This document shows positions 28,170-39,970 of a stretch of DNA of 64,000 nucleotides, piece after piece. The notes beneath the pieces are model-generated. The model did no database searches. It was given only the letters and a program-made list of their open reading frames with translations, and was not told the DNA's origin. The stretch comes from Duganella sp. Its GTDB lineage: Bacteria > Pseudomonadota > Gammaproteobacteria > Burkholderiales > Burkholderiaceae_D. Each line of letters opens with the position of its first letter. Position 1 is the first letter of the stretch. The translations under genes and the position numbers were made by a program. Where the stretch lies: assembly GCF_039595735.1 (NCBI RefSeq), contig NZ_JBCNLB010000009.1, positions 73,562 to 137,561 of the forward strand. Reading direction: 5' to 3'.

Positions 28170-28577
28170 TTACAGGCGGGTGCGCAGGTCTTCCACGGCG
28201 GCGCGCCAGGCTGTGTAGTGCTCGCTGTCTTCCCACAGCTGGCGCAGCTCGCTGTCGGGCGAGAGGATGCGCTCGATGGCGCGGGCGGCTTTCTCGGCCA
28301 GGTCGGCACGCGGCCTGGCTTTGGCCTTGCGCGCGTCCACCCATTCATCGACGGCCGCGCTGTCCTCGGTGCGCGACCCGCCCTTGCCTTGCAGGCGCGC
28401 CAGCACTTCAAGCGCCACCAGTGCCTCGGCCGCAAACGGCGCCTCCAGCCCGGCACTGCTGTCCAGTACCGTGTTGAGCGTGTCTTCCACCGCATCCAGA
28501 TTGCTGGTCTCGTGCAAGTCCTCCGCCCAGTCCTGCGCGTAATCATTGCCGAAGGCGTCCACTGCCCAGGTCCCCAT
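28170..28577 (-). CDS. DUF4259 domain protein
   Basis: MGTWAVDAFGNDYAQDW N-terminal motif and SELRQLWED. Confidence 0.85.
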   Translation of the reverse strand: MGTWAVDAFGNDYAQDWAEDLHETSNLDAVEDTLNTVLDSSAGLEAPFAAEALVALEVLARLQGKGGSRTEDSAAVDEWVDARKAKARPRADLAEKAARAIERILSPDSELRQLWEDSEHYTAWRAAVEDLRTRL

Positions 28578-28579
28578 AC

Positions 28580-29515
28580 TTACTCCTTGATGATCTTGCC
28601 TTGTGTCTTGACGACCTGCATGGCGGTGGCAATCAGCCCGCTCATGTCGCCCAAATTGGCCGGTATGATAATCGAATTATTGGTCTTGGCCAGTTGACCG
28701 AAGGCGTTGACGTACTGCTCCGCCACTTTCAGGTTCATGGCCTCGTCGCCGCCTGGTTCACGCAAGGCCGCGCCGACCTGGCGCAGCGCCGACGCATTGG
28801 CTTCCGCCAGCGCCACGATGGCCGCCGCCTGACCTTGCGCACGGTTGATGGCGGCCTGCTTGTCGCCTTCCGAACGCGCAATCTGCGCTTCGCGTTCGCC
28901 GCTGGCGATGTTGATCTGTTCCTGCTTGCGGCCTTCCGACGCCGCGATCAGGGCGCGCTTTTCGCGCTCGGCGGTGATCTGCGCCTGCATGGCATGCAGG
29001 ATTTCCTTGGGCGGCGTCAGGTCCTTGATCTCGTAGCGCAGCACTTTCACGCCCCAGTTGGCAGCCGATTCGTCAATGGCGTTGACGATGGTGGTGTTGA
29101 TGTGCTCACGCTCCTCGAAGGTCTTGTCCAGTTCCATGCGGCCGATCACCGAGCGCAGCGTGGTTTGCGCCAGCTGGGTGATCGCGGCGATGTAATTGGA
29201 CGAGCCGTACGACGCGCGCATGGCATCCGTCACCTGGAAGTACAGGATGCCGTCCACCTGCAGCTGGGTGTTGTCGCGCGTGATGCAGACCTGTGGCGGC
29301 ACGTCCAGCGGAATCTCTTTCAGCACGTGCTTGTAGGCGATGCGGTCGACAAACGGTATCACGATGTTGAGGCCCGGCCCCAGGGTCGCGTGATATTTGC
29401 CCAGCCGTTCCACCACCCATGCGTGCTGCTGCGGCACCACGTTGATGGTTTTGATGACAAACACCAAAGCCAGAATAAATAAAATGAAGGTGACATTACC
29501 AATGCTGATGTCCAT
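28580..29515 (-). CDS. SPFH/stomatin (QmcA-like) membrane protein
   Basis: VPQQHAWVVERLGKY, QTTLRSVIGRMELDKTFEER and WGVKVLRYEIKD. Confidence 0.95.
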   Translation of the reverse strand: MDISIGNVTFILFILALVFVIKTINVVPQQHAWVVERLGKYHATLGPGLNIVIPFVDRIAYKHVLKEIPLDVPPQVCITRDNTQLQVDGILYFQVTDAMRASYGSSNYIAAITQLAQTTLRSVIGRMELDKTFEEREHINTTIVNAIDESAANWGVKVLRYEIKDLTPPKEILHAMQAQITAEREKRALIAASEGRKQEQINIASGEREAQIARSEGDKQAAINRAQGQAAAIVALAEANASALRQVGAALREPGGDEAMNLKVAEQYVNAFGQLAKTNNSIIIPANLGDMSGLIATAMQVVKTQGKIIKE

Positions 29516-29536
29516 GTGGTTCTCCGTTGGTTAATC

Positions 29537-29959
29537 TTAAGCCGCCACGATCAGGCGGCTGCCGCGTACTTCGCGGATGGTGTACTGCCCCGGCGCCGGC
29601 GTGCCGCCCGGCGCCAGTTCGACGTCCCACAGCGCGCCGCGGTACATCACGCGCGCGGCGTTATCGCGCCACTCCGGCACATGCACGGTCTGGCCGATGT
29701 CGAGGTTGACGTTGGGATCGCGCTCGGCCTGCACGCTGCCCTGCTGCCGGCCAAAGCGGCTACGGCGCAGTACGCCGGTGGCGCCGGCGCCCACCACCGC
29801 CGCCACCAGCAGCTGTACTTCGCCGCCCAAGCCCAGCAAGGCGGCGGCGCTGCCGGCCGCCAGGCCGATGGCGATCATCAGCAGGTAAAACGTGCCGCTG
29901 AACAGTTCCAGTATCACTGTCAGGCCTGCCGCGGCCAGCCAGTAGCTCCAATCAGCCAT
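29537..29959 (-). CDS. NfeD-family membrane protein
   Basis: N-terminal TM helices, OB-fold tail (RVMYRGALWDV); paired with the SPFH gene. Confidence 0.9.
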   Translation of the reverse strand: MADWSYWLAAAGLTVILELFSGTFYLLMIAIGLAAGSAAALLGLGGEVQLLVAAVVGAGATGVLRRSRFGRQQGSVQAERDPNVNLDIGQTVHVPEWRDNAARVMYRGALWDVELAPGGTPAPGQYTIREVRGSRLIVAA

Positions 29960-29978
29960 GATGCGCTCCTTTCAAATG

Positions 29979-30020
29979 AAAAAACCCCCGCTTCCCGAAA
30001 TGGGCTGCGAGGGTTTTTTT
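29979..30020. terminator. Imperfect bidirectional terminator-like hairpin after ppsA
   Basis: AAAAAACCC...GGGTTTTTTT flanking a GC-rich imperfect stem. Confidence 0.55.
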
Positions 30021-30101
30021 GCTGCTGACAGATGGTATTGATAGAGTTTTTTGCTACTAAATTCGATAACCTCAGTCTATACCATTTTCAGCGCACGTCA
30101 A

Positions 30102-32531
30102 TCACTTCTGCAAGGACGCCAGTTTCTGCCAGGTGTCGATGACCGAGTCCGGATTCAGCGACATCGATTCGATGCCCTGCTCCATCAGCCAGGCCGCGAA
30201 GTCCGGGTGGTCGGATGGCCCCTGGCCACAAATGCCGATGTACTTGCCTTGCGCGCGGCAGGCCTGGATCGCTTGCGACAGCAGGGCTTTCACCGCGTCG
30301 TCGCGCTCGTCGAAGTCGGCCGCCAGCAGCGCCATGCCGGAATCGCGGTCCAGGCCCAGGGTCAGCTGGGTCAGGTCGTTGGAACCGATCGAGAAGCCGT
30401 CGAAGTGCTCCAGGAAACGCTCCGCCAGAATCGCGTTGGATGGCACTTCGCACATCATGATCAGGCGCAGGCCGTTTTCGCCGCGCACCAGGCCATTCTT
30501 GCCGAGCAGGTTAACCACCTTCTCGGCCTGGCCCAGGGTACGCACGAACGGCACCATGATCTCGACGTTGGTCAGGCCCATGTCGTTACGCACGCGCTTC
30601 ATCGCTGCGCATTCCATTTCGAATGCGCCGGCGAAGTCGGCCGCCAGGTAACGCGCGGCGCCGCGGAAGCCCAGCATCGGGTTTTCCTCGTCCGGCTCGT
30701 AACGCGAACCGCCGATCAGCTTCTTGTACTCGTTGGACTTGAAGTCCGACAGGCGCACGATCACTGGCTTCGGCCAGAACGCGGCGGCGATGGTCGCCAC
30801 GCCCTCGGCCAGCTTGTCGACGTAGAAGGCTTTCGGGGAAGCGTGGCCGCGCGCGACCGACTCCACCGCTTTCTTCAGGTCGGCATCAATGTTCGGGTAC
30901 TCCAGAATCGCTTTCGGGTGCACGCCGATGTTGTTATTGATGATGAACTCCAGACGCGCCAGGCCCACGCCGCCATTCGGCACCGCCTGGAAGTCGAACG
31001 CCAGCTGCGGGTTGCCCACGTTCAGCATGATCTTGGTCGGCAGCTTGGGCAGCTCGCCGCGCGAGACTTCCGACACTTCGGTCTCCAGCAGGCCGTCGTA
31101 GATCTTGCCTTCGTCGCCTTCTGCGCAGGACACGGTCACGAAAGTGCCATCCTTCAGCACCTCGGTCGCGTCGCCGCACCCGACCACCGCCGGCACGCCC
31201 AGCTCACGCGCGATAATCGCCGCGTGGCAGGTACGGCCGCCACGGTTGGTGACGATGGCCGAAGCACGCTTCATCACCGGTTCCCAGTTCGGGTCGGTCA
31301 TGTCGGCCACCAGCACGTCGCCCGGCTGCACGCGTTCCATTTCCGACGGATCGGTAATCACGCGCACCGGACCGGCGCCGATCTTCTGGCCGATGGCGCG
31401 GCCCGACGCCAGTACCGTGCCGCTCGACTTCAGCTTGAAGCGCTGCTGCACGTCGGTGGCTTTCTGCTGCGACTTCACGGTTTCCGGACGCGCCTGCAGG
31501 ATGTACAGCTTGCCGTCGCGGCCATCCTTGCCCCACTCGATGTCCATCGGACGCTGGTAGTGGTTTTCGATGATGACCGCGTACTTGGCCAGCTCGACGA
31601 CTTCGTCATCGGTCAGCGAGTAGCGGTTGCGCAGCTCGACCGGCACGTCCACGGTTTTCACCGAGCGGCCAGCCTTGGCTTCCGCCGTGAATTCCATCTT
31701 GATCAGCTTGGAGCCGATGTTGCGGCGGATCACCGGCGACTTGCCTTTTTCCAGCATCGGCTTGTGGACGTAGAACTCGTCCGGGTTCACCGCGCCCTGC
31801 ACCACGGTCTCACCGAGGCCGTAGCTGGAGGTCACGAACACCACGTCCTTGAAGCCGGACTCGGTGTCGATGGTGAACATCACACCGGCCGCGCCCAGGT
31901 CGGAGCGCACCATGCGCTGCACGCCGGCCGACAGCGCCACTTCAGCGTGGGTGAAGCCCTTGTGCACGCGGTAGGAAATCGCGCGGTCGTTATACAGGGA
32001 GGCGAACACATGCTTCATCGCATCCAGCACATTGTCGATGCCGACCACATTCAGGAAGGTCTCCTGCTGACCGGCGAACGACGCGTCCGGCAAGTCTTCC
32101 GCGGTGGCCGAGGAACGCACGGCAAACGAGACTTCGGTCGACGAATCGGCCACCAGTTTCTCGTAGTACGTGCGGATCTCGTCTTCCAGGCGCGGCTGGA
32201 ATGGCGTGTCGATGATCCATTGACGGATCTCGGCGCCGGCTTGCGCCAGCGAGCGCACGTCGTCGATGTTCAGATCCGACAGACGATCGGCAATCCGGTC
32301 GGCCAGCGATTTACCGCCGTCGACGCTGTGCGACAGGAAGTCACGGAAGGCCTGTGCCGTGGTGGCAAAACCACCGGGCACACGCACACCGGCCCCTGCC
32401 AGCTGGCTGATCATTTCGCCCAGGGAGGCGTTCTTGCCGCCGACGGATTCCACATCCGTCATGCGCAAGTGTTCAAATGAGGCAACGTATACCGCGTCGT
32501 TACTCTGCTCCTTCAATGCTGCGTTGGACAT
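30102..32531 (-). CDS. ppsA: Phosphoenolpyruvate synthase
   Basis: [42 protein letters not shown] (phospho-His) and [10 protein letters not shown]. Confidence 0.99.
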   Translation of the reverse strand: MSNAALKEQSNDAVYVASFEHLRMTDVESVGGKNASLGEMISQLAGAGVRVPGGFATTAQAFRDFLSHSVDGGKSLADRIADRLSDLNIDDVRSLAQAGAEIRQWIIDTPFQPRLEDEIRTYYEKLVADSSTEVSFAVRSSATAEDLPDASFAGQQETFLNVVGIDNVLDAMKHVFASLYNDRAISYRVHKGFTHAEVALSAGVQRMVRSDLGAAGVMFTIDTESGFKDVVFVTSSYGLGETVVQGAVNPDEFYVHKPMLEKGKSPVIRRNIGSKLIKMEFTAEAKAGRSVKTVDVPVELRNRYSLTDDEVVELAKYAVIIENHYQRPMDIEWGKDGRDGKLYILQARPETVKSQQKATDVQQRFKLKSSGTVLASGRAIGQKIGAGPVRVITDPSEMERVQPGDVLVADMTDPNWEPVMKRASAIVTNRGGRTCHAAIIARELGVPAVVGCGDATEVLKDGTFVTVSCAEGDEGKIYDGLLETEVSEVSRGELPKLPTKIMLNVGNPQLAFDFQAVPNGGVGLARLEFIINNNIGVHPKAILEYPNIDADLKKAVESVARGHASPKAFYVDKLAEGVATIAAAFWPKPVIVRLSDFKSNEYKKLIGGSRYEPDEENPMLGFRGAARYLAADFAGAFEMECAAMKRVRNDMGLTNVEIMVPFVRTLGQAEKVVNLLGKNGLVRGENGLRLIMMCEVPSNAILAERFLEHFDGFSIGSNDLTQLTLGLDRDSGMALLAADFDERDDAVKALLSQAIQACRAQGKYIGICGQGPSDHPDFAAWLMEQGIESMSLNPDSVIDTWQKLASLQK

Positions 32532-32684
32532 AATTACACCTTTTTGATGATAGAAATCTTCCAGCGAGGCGCAGACTTGTTTCTTGTTATTCTGTTCGTC
32601 GTGCAGCACAATCTAACCATAGTCTTTCATTCTACAGCCTGTGGCCCGAATTGACGATTCACAATATAAGATAGCTTCCTCTAC

Positions 32685-33533
32685 ATGACACAAGAACAAC
32701 GACCACAACATCCCTCCGCCGCCCGCACCGTGTTTTTTGTTTCCGACGGGACAGGCATTACTGCTGAAACCTTCGGTCACTCGGTGCTGACCCAGTTCGA
32801 GCTGCGCTTCCGCCAGGTGCGCCTGCCGTTCATCGATACGCTGGACAAGGCGCACGAAGCGGTGCGCAAGATTAACGAGGCGTTTGCGACGGATGGTCAG
32901 CGGCCGATCATCTTTTCCACCCTGGTCAAGACCGAGTTGTCGGATGTCATTCGTCTATGCAAGGGCATGTACATGGACATGTTCCAGACATTTGTTGCCC
33001 CGCTAGAACAAGAGTTGGGCGTGAAATCAACCCACACCATCGGCCGCTCGCACAACATCGTCGACAGCGAGGAGTACAAGAACCGCATCGAGGCCATCAA
33101 TTTCTCGCTGGCGCACGATGACGGCCAGTCGCACAAGAACCTGTCCTCGGCCGACGTCATCCTGGTGGGCGTGTCGCGCTCCGGCAAGACGCCGACCAGC
33201 CTGTATCTGGCGATGCAGTACGGCATCAAGGCCGCCAACTATCCGCTGATACCGGACGATTTCGAGCGCGGCAAGCTGCCATCCTCGCTGTACGAGTTCA
33301 AGAGCAAAATCTTCGGCCTGACCATCACGCCCGAGCGCCTGAGCGAAATCCGCAACGAGCGCCGCGCCGGCAGCAAATACGCATCACTGGAAAACTGCCG
33401 CTATGAAGTCAATGAGGCGGAACTGATGATGAAGCGCGAGGGCATCCGCTGGCTGTCCTCCACCACCAAGTCGATCGAGGAAATCTCGACCACCATCCTG
33501 CAAGAGATCAAGCCGGACCGGCGCGAATACTGA
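32685..33533 (+). CDS. ppsR: PEP synthase regulatory protein (kinase/pyrophosphorylase, DUF299)
   Basis: [30 protein letters not shown] and STTKSIEEI; divergent from ppsA. Confidence 0.96.
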   Translation: MTQEQRPQHPSAARTVFFVSDGTGITAETFGHSVLTQFELRFRQVRLPFIDTLDKAHEAVRKINEAFATDGQRPIIFSTLVKTELSDVIRLCKGMYMDMFQTFVAPLEQELGVKSTHTIGRSHNIVDSEEYKNRIEAINFSLAHDDGQSHKNLSSADVILVGVSRSGKTPTSLYLAMQYGIKAANYPLIPDDFERGKLPSSLYEFKSKIFGLTITPERLSEIRNERRAGSKYASLENCRYEVNEAELMMKREGIRWLSSTTKSIEEISTTILQEIKPDRREY

Positions 33534-34876
33534 TGCGCCTATTTGTCCGCCTGATCGCGGCCGTTGCCGCAGCCCTGCTGGCCGGCGCCGCGCTGGCCGA
33601 TGCCAGCGTCACCGCCTTTGTGCGCGTCAACGTGGTGCCGATGGACAGCGAGCGCGTGCTGCTGGACCAGACCGTGCTGGTGCAGGACGGCCGCATCACC
33701 GCCATCGGCGAAGGCCTGCCCGTGCCGGCCGGCGCCCAGGTGATCGACGGCTATGGCAGGCGCTGGCTCTCGCCCGGCCTGGCCGACATGCACACGCACG
33801 CCGAAACCCGCGGCGACCTGGCGGTGTACCTCGCCAACGGCGTGACCACGGTGCTGAACATGGGCGGCGCGCGCCCCAACCTGGTGGACAGCATCATCCC
33901 CGCCGTCCAGCGCGGCGACCTGCCCGGCCCGCACGTCTATGCGAGCCTGATGGTCGATGGCACGCCGGACTACAACGGCCTGGTGATCAAGACCCCGGCA
34001 CAGGCGCGCGCGGTGGTCGAACTGGCGGCCGCCAACCGCTATGACTTCATCAAGGCCTATGTGGGCTTGACGCCCTCTGTCTTCAGCGCGCTGGCGGACG
34101 CCGGCCGCCAATACAATCTGCCGCTGGTCGGCCATGGCGTGACGGCCGTGCGGCTGGTGCAGCAACTGGCGCAAGGCCAGGCGATGGTGGCACACCTGGA
34201 GGAATTCTTCTACACCTACTTTACCCCGGCCGGCGCGCAGGAAAGCGATGCGCCGCCGGATGAGGCGCGCATTCCGCAAGCCGTGGCGCTGGTGCGTGAA
34301 TACGGCGCGGCGGTGACGGCGGATGTGGTGACCTTCAAAACCCTTGCGGAACAAATTGGCCGGCCGGAGATGCTGGCCCGCTACCTGTCCGCGCCGGAAG
34401 CGGCCTATGTGACGCCGGCCGATCGTCAGGCGTGGCGCCGCAGCAGCTACGGCAGCAAGTCGGCGCGGCTGGCGGCCAAGCTGGCGTTTGAACGCAAACT
34501 GGTCAAGGCCATGGCCGATGGCGGCGTCCAGCTGCTTTCCGGTACCGATGCGCCGTCGATTCCGGGCCTTGTCCCCGGCTACTCGCTGCATGACAATCTG
34601 GCGGAACTGGAGCGCTCGCAGTTGAGCCGATATCAGGCGCTCAGCACCGCCACTCGCGCACCCGGCGAATTCATCGCGCGCACCAAGGGCGGCACGCCGT
34701 TTGGCCAGGTCAAGACCGGCTATCGCGCCGACCTGGTGCTGACCGAGCAGAATCCGCTGGATGGTTTGTCCACGCTGCGCAAGCCGGTGGGCGTCATGGC
34801 CGAAGGCCGCTGGCATGACAGAGGCGCGCTTGACCTCATGCTGGTCAAGACGCGCGCCTCTTACATTGGCGACTAG
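33533..34876 (+). CDS. Secreted amidohydrolase-family protein
   Basis: Signal peptide; PGLADMHTH, GVTTVLNMG, SGTDA and GYRADLVL. Confidence 0.88.
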   Translation: MRLFVRLIAAVAAALLAGAALADASVTAFVRVNVVPMDSERVLLDQTVLVQDGRITAIGEGLPVPAGAQVIDGYGRRWLSPGLADMHTHAETRGDLAVYLANGVTTVLNMGGARPNLVDSIIPAVQRGDLPGPHVYASLMVDGTPDYNGLVIKTPAQARAVVELAAANRYDFIKAYVGLTPSVFSALADAGRQYNLPLVGHGVTAVRLVQQLAQGQAMVAHLEEFFYTYFTPAGAQESDAPPDEARIPQAVALVREYGAAVTADVVTFKTLAEQIGRPEMLARYLSAPEAAYVTPADRQAWRRSSYGSKSARLAAKLAFERKLVKAMADGGVQLLSGTDAPSIPGLVPGYSLHDNLAELERSQLSRYQALSTATRAPGEFIARTKGGTPFGQVKTGYRADLVLTEQNPLDGLSTLRKPVGVMAEGRWHDRGALDLMLVKTRASYIGD

Positions 34877-37278
34877 ACCCGCGAAGCAAGGTTCTCGCGC
34901 GCATAGACGCGGTGCTGCGCCAGCACCGCCTTGAAGCTGTTCAGCGCTTCCGCCGCATCCGCGCTCGCCGCCACGATCACGCCGGGGTCGGGCTTGCGCG
35001 GAATCCTGGCCGCTTTCAGCAGCTCGGCGCCGTTCCCCAGCGCCAGGATGGGCTTATCGTGCCGGTACTGCAGCCTGAGGAATTCCAGCGCCATGGCGTC
35101 GCCCACGAACACCGGGCTATCGGCCACGATCGCACCATCCCATAACACTGACGGCCCGGCCTCGAAACTGATTTCCACGTCAAGCAGGCTGTCGTCGGCG
35201 GTGGCGAGCGGCCCGATACGCGCTGAAATCAGGCGCGGCACGGCGCCCGCGTCCAGCAGCGATGCGTACAGCTTGCGCACCTGGGCCCCATCCACGCCCT
35301 GCCCGACGATGATCGCCACGCGCCGCGTGCGCACGCCCAGCATGCCGGGACGCGCAAACAGGGACAGCGCCGGCGAGGGCGGATATTCATACGGCGGCTG
35401 CTCCGACGACAGCGGCAACGGCGGCGGCAGCTCCATGCCCAGACCATCGGCCACCGCACCGGCCAGCCGGCTGTCGATATTCAGCAGCAGCGCCAGCGTG
35501 CGGCTGCGCACGGCCGGCGTTTGCACCCGCGTCAACTCGAAGCGAAACGCATCGATGATGTGGCGCTGTTCAATCGCGCTCTGGCTGATCCAGAACAGGC
35601 GCGCCTGCGCGTAGTGGTCGGCAAACAGCTCCGGCTTGCCGCACACCTTGCTGGCGTGGATCGGCTGCGGGAAGCTGCTGAAACCACGCGCGCCAGCCTG
35701 GAACGGACAGCCGCCGGCCAGCGAATTGGGTTCGTAATTGACGCGGCCGCGGTTGATCTGCTGGCGGTGGAAACCTTCGCGCTGGTTGTTGTGGATCTGC
35801 GCCACCGGCGTATTGATCGGGATCTCGTGAAAATTCGGCCCGCCCAGGCGGCTGATCTGGGTATCGATGTAGGAATGCAGCCGCCCTTGCAGCAGCGGAT
35901 CGTCCGTGAAGTCGATACCAGGCACCACGTGCGCGGCGCAGAACGCCACCTGCTCGGTCTCGGCAAAGAAGTTGTCCGGATTACGGTCCAACACCAGCTT
36001 GCCGACCGCGCGCACCGCCACCATCTCTTCCGGCACGATCTTGGTGGGATCGAGGATATCGAACGGGAATTGCGCCGCCTGCTCTTCGGTGAACACCTGC
36101 AGGCCGAGTTCCCACTCGGGGAACTGACCGCTGTCGATGGCCTCCCACAGATCGCGGCGGTGATAGTCCGGATCGGCGCCCGCCAGCCGCGCGGCTTCGT
36201 CCCATACCAGCGAATGGGTGCCGGCCAGCGGCGTCCAGTGGAATTTGCAGAACAGCGACTGCCCCTGCGCGTTAATCAGCCGGAAGGTGTGCACGCCGAA
36301 GCCCTGCATCATGCGGTAGCTGCGCGGGATGGCACGGTCCGAGGTATGCCACATCAGCATGTGCGCGATCTCGGGACTGAGCGAGGCAAAGTCCCAGAAG
36401 GTGTCGTGCGCGCTGGACGCTTGCGGCATGGCGTGGTGCGGCTCCGGCTTGACCGCATGCACCAGGTCCGGGAACTTCATCGCATCCTGGATGAAAAATA
36501 CGGGGATATTGTTGGCCACCAGATCCCAGTTGCCTTCGTCGGTATAGAACTTGGTGGCGAAGCCGCGCACATCGCGCACGGTGTCGGCCGAACCGCGTTC
36601 GCCCACCACGGTGGAGAAGCGCACAAACACCGGCGTGCGTTTGCCGGCCGCCGCAAACGGCGCGGCGCGGGTGATGGCGCGCAGGTCTTCGTAGCTTTCA
36701 AAGTAGCCGTGGGCGGCCGAGCCGCGTGCATGCACGACCCGCTCGGGAATCCGTTCATGGTCGAAATGGGTGATCTTTTCGCGCAGGATGAAGTCTTCCA
36801 TCGCGGTCGGACCGCGCAGGCCTGCTTTCAGGGAGTTCTGGTTGTCGGCCACCGGCACGCCCTGGTTAGTGGTCAGTTCGCGGCCGGTGTCATCGACGCG
36901 CACGCGGTCCAGCGGGCGGGTAAGCGCGTTGTCGCCAATCTCCGGCTGGCCGTCGCCCAGCTTGGGCGAGGCGATGGTCTCGGTGCTGGTGCTGGCGGTA
37001 GCGATCGGCGTTGGCGGCGTGCGGGTCTCGCCGGCATGCGGTGTGTAAGCCGCTTCGCCATACTCCAGCGGTTTGGTGACATTGAACGGCATCTCGGCGG
37101 CCAGCGCCTCGTCGCCGGTGACCTTCTCCAGCAGCTGTTCCGCGATGGGATTCGGCGGCCCCAGACGCGCGGGATGCGGCGCCGCCGCCGGCCCGGCAAC
37201 TGTGCTCAGTATCGATCCGGCGCCATCCACCGCGCCGCCGTTGTTGTTCTTACGCTTAGCCATCTCGCACCTCGTCAT
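34873..37278 (-). CDS. katE: Large-subunit catalase HPII with C-terminal DJ-1/PfpI-like domain
   Basis: [41 protein letters not shown]; start at 37278 or 37263. Confidence 0.97.
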   Translation of the reverse strand: MTRCEMAKRKNNNGGAVDGAGSILSTVAGPAAAPHPARLGPPNPIAEQLLEKVTGDEALAAEMPFNVTKPLEYGEAAYTPHAGETRTPPTPIATASTSTETIASPKLGDGQPEIGDNALTRPLDRVRVDDTGRELTTNQGVPVADNQNSLKAGLRGPTAMEDFILREKITHFDHERIPERVVHARGSAAHGYFESYEDLRAITRAAPFAAAGKRTPVFVRFSTVVGERGSADTVRDVRGFATKFYTDEGNWDLVANNIPVFFIQDAMKFPDLVHAVKPEPHHAMPQASSAHDTFWDFASLSPEIAHMLMWHTSDRAIPRSYRMMQGFGVHTFRLINAQGQSLFCKFHWTPLAGTHSLVWDEAARLAGADPDYHRRDLWEAIDSGQFPEWELGLQVFTEEQAAQFPFDILDPTKIVPEEMVAVRAVGKLVLDRNPDNFFAETEQVAFCAAHVVPGIDFTDDPLLQGRLHSYIDTQISRLGGPNFHEIPINTPVAQIHNNQREGFHRQQINRGRVNYEPNSLAGGCPFQAGARGFSSFPQPIHASKVCGKPELFADHYAQARLFWISQSAIEQRHIIDAFRFELTRVQTPAVRSRTLALLLNIDSRLAGAVADGLGMELPPPLPLSSEQPPYEYPPSPALSLFARPGMLGVRTRRVAIIVGQGVDGAQVRKLYASLLDAGAVPRLISARIGPLATADDSLLDVEISFEAGPSVLWDGAIVADSPVFVGDAMALEFLRLQYRHDKPILALGNGAELLKAARIPRKPDPGVIVAASADAAEALNSFKAVLAQHRVYARENLASRV

Positions 37279-37348
37279 GTGGCGCCCTCCCGGCGGGAAG
37301 GCAGACAACGAGTGTGCGATTGTTAGGATCTGCGGCTTTTGATCGCGC

Positions 37349-38548
37349 TCAGAAAAAGTGCTGCCAGTCGGCCAGCCAGGCGGGGAAGTCCTCCACCGGC
37401 ATCGGCTTGGCGATGTAATAGCCCTGGGCGTAGGTACACCCCAGGCCTTGCAGGAAGTCCCAATCCTGCTTGGTCTCGACGCCCACCGCAACCGATTTGC
37501 GATCCAGGCTGCGGGCCAGGCCCAGGCAGGAGCGCAGCACGGTGCCGATGGCGGCGCGCTTGGCCGCGCCGTCCACAAAACTGCGGTCGATCTTCAGTTC
37601 GGAGAACGGGATGCGCGCCAGCAGTTGCAGGTTGCTGCGCCCGGTGCCGTAGTCGTCGATCGCCAGCCCGAAGCCTTTCATGCGCAGCCGCAGCAGGCGT
37701 TCGAGGAAGTGCGGGTCGGTGCTGAGCACCGCCGATTCGGTCATTTCGAAGGTGATGTAGTCGGCCATGATCTGGTGCCGGTCCAGGCAGGCCGCGATCT
37801 GCTCCATGAACTGCGGGTGCGCCAGCGTGGTCTGGTCGACATTGATGGAGACCGAGATCGGCACGCCCTGGTCGTGCAGCTTGCGGCAGGCCGCCACCGA
37901 TTTCTCGATCATGGTCCAGTCCAGAAAATCGACGCGCTGCGCCGCTTCCAGCGCAGGCATGAAGGCCGCCGGCCCCAGCACGCCGCGCAGCGGATGGCGC
38001 CAGCGGGCGAACATCTCCAGTCCTTTTACCTGGCCGGTTTCCAGCTCGATCTTGGGCTGGAAGTAGGGATCGAATTCACGGTTCTGCAAACCCTGCCCGA
38101 CCTCGGCAAACGTCATGGCCTGCTGGCCATCATGTGCGCCGTGCGCTTCGGCCGGTTGCAGGTAGTTGTTGATCAGCGCGACCAGACGGCTGCCGATCAC
38201 CGGCTTGCCGATCGCACCCAGCACGTTGACGCCATAGGCAAGCGCCATGGTCTCCACCGAGAACAGCACGGCGTTGGTCTGCGCGCCCACCACGATCACG
38301 CCGGCCTTGCAGCGCATCTCGCCCAGGCGGCGTATCAGTTCCAATGCATCCATGCCCGGCAGCGCCAGGTCGATGATGGCGATATCGACCGCCGGCGTGA
38401 TGCCGGCGCTGAAGTGGCGCAGTGCGGTGTGGCCATCCGGCGCCTGCGTGATATGTCCGACGCCGACATGAACCAGGATATCAGCCAGCGCATGGCGTTG
38501 AACCTGATCCCCTTCGGCTACCAGAAAGTGCAACTGCGCGATATCCAT
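37349..38548 (-). CDS. Response regulator with EAL domain (degenerate motifs)
   Basis: Receiver (IAIIDLALPGMD...GKP) plus EAL fold (FQPKI, EMFARW, DDYGTG, LKIDRSFV, AVGVET). Confidence 0.9.
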   Translation of the reverse strand: MDIAQLHFLVAEGDQVQRHALADILVHVGVGHITQAPDGHTALRHFSAGITPAVDIAIIDLALPGMDALELIRRLGEMRCKAGVIVVGAQTNAVLFSVETMALAYGVNVLGAIGKPVIGSRLVALINNYLQPAEAHGAHDGQQAMTFAEVGQGLQNREFDPYFQPKIELETGQVKGLEMFARWRHPLRGVLGPAAFMPALEAAQRVDFLDWTMIEKSVAACRKLHDQGVPISVSINVDQTTLAHPQFMEQIAACLDRHQIMADYITFEMTESAVLSTDPHFLERLLRLRMKGFGLAIDDYGTGRSNLQLLARIPFSELKIDRSFVDGAAKRAAIGTVLRSCLGLARSLDRKSVAVGVETKQDWDFLQGLGCTYAQGYYIAKPMPVEDFPAWLADWQHFF

Positions 38549-38567
38549 GACGACTCCACGTATGTGC

Positions 38568-39353
38568 TTACGTCTGATTCTGCCTTACTTGCTCGAAAAA
38601 GCAAACTGCCGCACAGGCAGCCACATTGAGCGACTCCACCTGCCCCAGATGCGGAATCACCACCTTGTGCGTGGCCAGCGACAGCAGGTCGTCCGCCACG
38701 CCCTGCCCTTCGTGGCCGAAAATCCAGGCCACCGGCTGGCGCAGGTCGATGTCGTACAGGCGCTGCGCAGCATAGCCGCTGGTGGCCAGCGTTGGCACGC
38801 GCGCGTTGCGCACCAGCTCAGCCAGGTCGACGTTTTCAAAGATATCAAGCACAAAGTGCGCCCCCATGGCCGCGCGCAGCACCTTGGGCGACCAGCAGAA
38901 CGCCGAACCGGCGCTGCAGTACACCTGCCGGATGCCGGCTGCCGCCGCGCTGCGCAGGATGGACCCCATATTGCCCGGGTCCTGCACGCCGTCCAGCAGC
39001 ACTGCCGATACGCTCAGCGCTTCGCTCACGCTGCGTTCCGGCGTGGCGATCAGGAACATCACGCCGACGCCGTGCTCCACCTGGCTGACGGCGTTGTACA
39101 GCGCATCCGGCAAGGCCAGCACATGCGCGCGTTGCGCTTCCAGCTGGCCAACGATGTCCATCACTTCCGGATTTTGCAGCGCGCTTTCACTGACCACGCA
39201 CTGCTCCGGCATGCCGCGCAGCTGCAGGAATGATTGGCACAGGTGCACGCCATCCAGCAGCGTGCGGCCGGCCTTGCGGCGCGCCTGCTGGCTGCCGGCC
39301 AGCTTGACCAGTTCCTTGTATTGCGCGTTATCGCGCGAAGTGATGGTCTTCAC
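38568..39353 (-). CDS. TrmH/SpoU RNA methyltransferase
   Basis: [24 protein letters not shown] and [11 protein letters not shown]. Confidence 0.95.
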   Translation of the reverse strand: MKTITSRDNAQYKELVKLAGSQQARRKAGRTLLDGVHLCQSFLQLRGMPEQCVVSESALQNPEVMDIVGQLEAQRAHVLALPDALYNAVSQVEHGVGVMFLIATPERSVSEALSVSAVLLDGVQDPGNMGSILRSAAAAGIRQVYCSAGSAFCWSPKVLRAAMGAHFVLDIFENVDLAELVRNARVPTLATSGYAAQRLYDIDLRQPVAWIFGHEGQGVADDLLSLATHKVVIPHLGQVESLNVAACAAVCFFEQVRQNQT

Positions 39354-39970
39354 AGGCCCACCTCCAGCAGCGCGCGCACCGGCGCGAAGGAGCGGCGATG
39401 CACCGGCGACGGGCCGTGCTCGCGCAGGCGCTCCAGGTGCAGCGCGGTGCCATAGCCTTTGTGCTGGTCGAAGCAGTATTGCGGATATTGGGCATGCAGC
39501 GTCACCAGCGCGGCGTCGCGCGCGGTCTTGGCCAGGATGGAGGCAGCCGAGATGGCATCCACCTTGTCGTCACCACCGATGACGGCAATGCTCTGGATTT
39601 TCATCACCGGACAGCGGTTGCCATCGATCAGGGCCAGCGTCGGCACGGTGCTCAGCGCTTCCACCGCACGGCGCATGGCCAGCATGGACGCCTGCAGGAT
39701 ATTCAGCTTGTCGATTTCCGCTTCCGACGCTTCCGCGATGGCCCAGGCCAGGGCTTGCGCCTTGATCAGCGGCGCCAGCAGGTCGCGCCTAGCCTCGGTC
39801 AGCTTTTTCGAATCGCGCAGCCCCTCAATCGGGCGCGAAGCGTCGAGGATGACGGCAGCGGCAAACACCGGGCCGGCCAGCGGCCCGCGGCCCGCTTCGT
39901 CCACGCCGCAGATGATTTCGTCCGGCGATTCCGGCAGGTCGTCGAACAGGCCGAGATTTTGGTTCTTCAC
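39350..39970 (-). CDS. rnhB: Ribonuclease HII
   Basis: [20 protein letters not shown] and HKGYGT. Confidence 0.98.
   Translation of the reverse strand: MKNQNLGLFDDLPESPDEIICGVDEAGRGPLAGPVFAAAVILDASRPIEGLRDSKKLTEARRDLLAPLIKAQALAWAIAEASEAEIDKLNILQASMLAMRRAVEALSTVPTLALIDGNRCPVMKIQSIAVIGGDDKVDAISAASILAKTARDAALVTLHAQYPQYCFDQHKGYGTALHLERLREHGPSPVHRRSFAPVRALLEVGL

Noticed and set aside
30051-32480. 809-aa plus-strand ORF, and similar long antisense ORFs at 17149-19431, 35521-37326, 44178-46349, 55191-57176 and 60885-63752
   Set aside because: Each mirrors a well-identified gene on the opposite strand and has no motifs. This is the expected shadow of GC-rich codon bias.
36110-36117. Second GAGTGGGA copy as a possible att partner
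   Set aside because: It lies inside intact katE on the wrong side of guaA; an 8-mer match is expected by chance.
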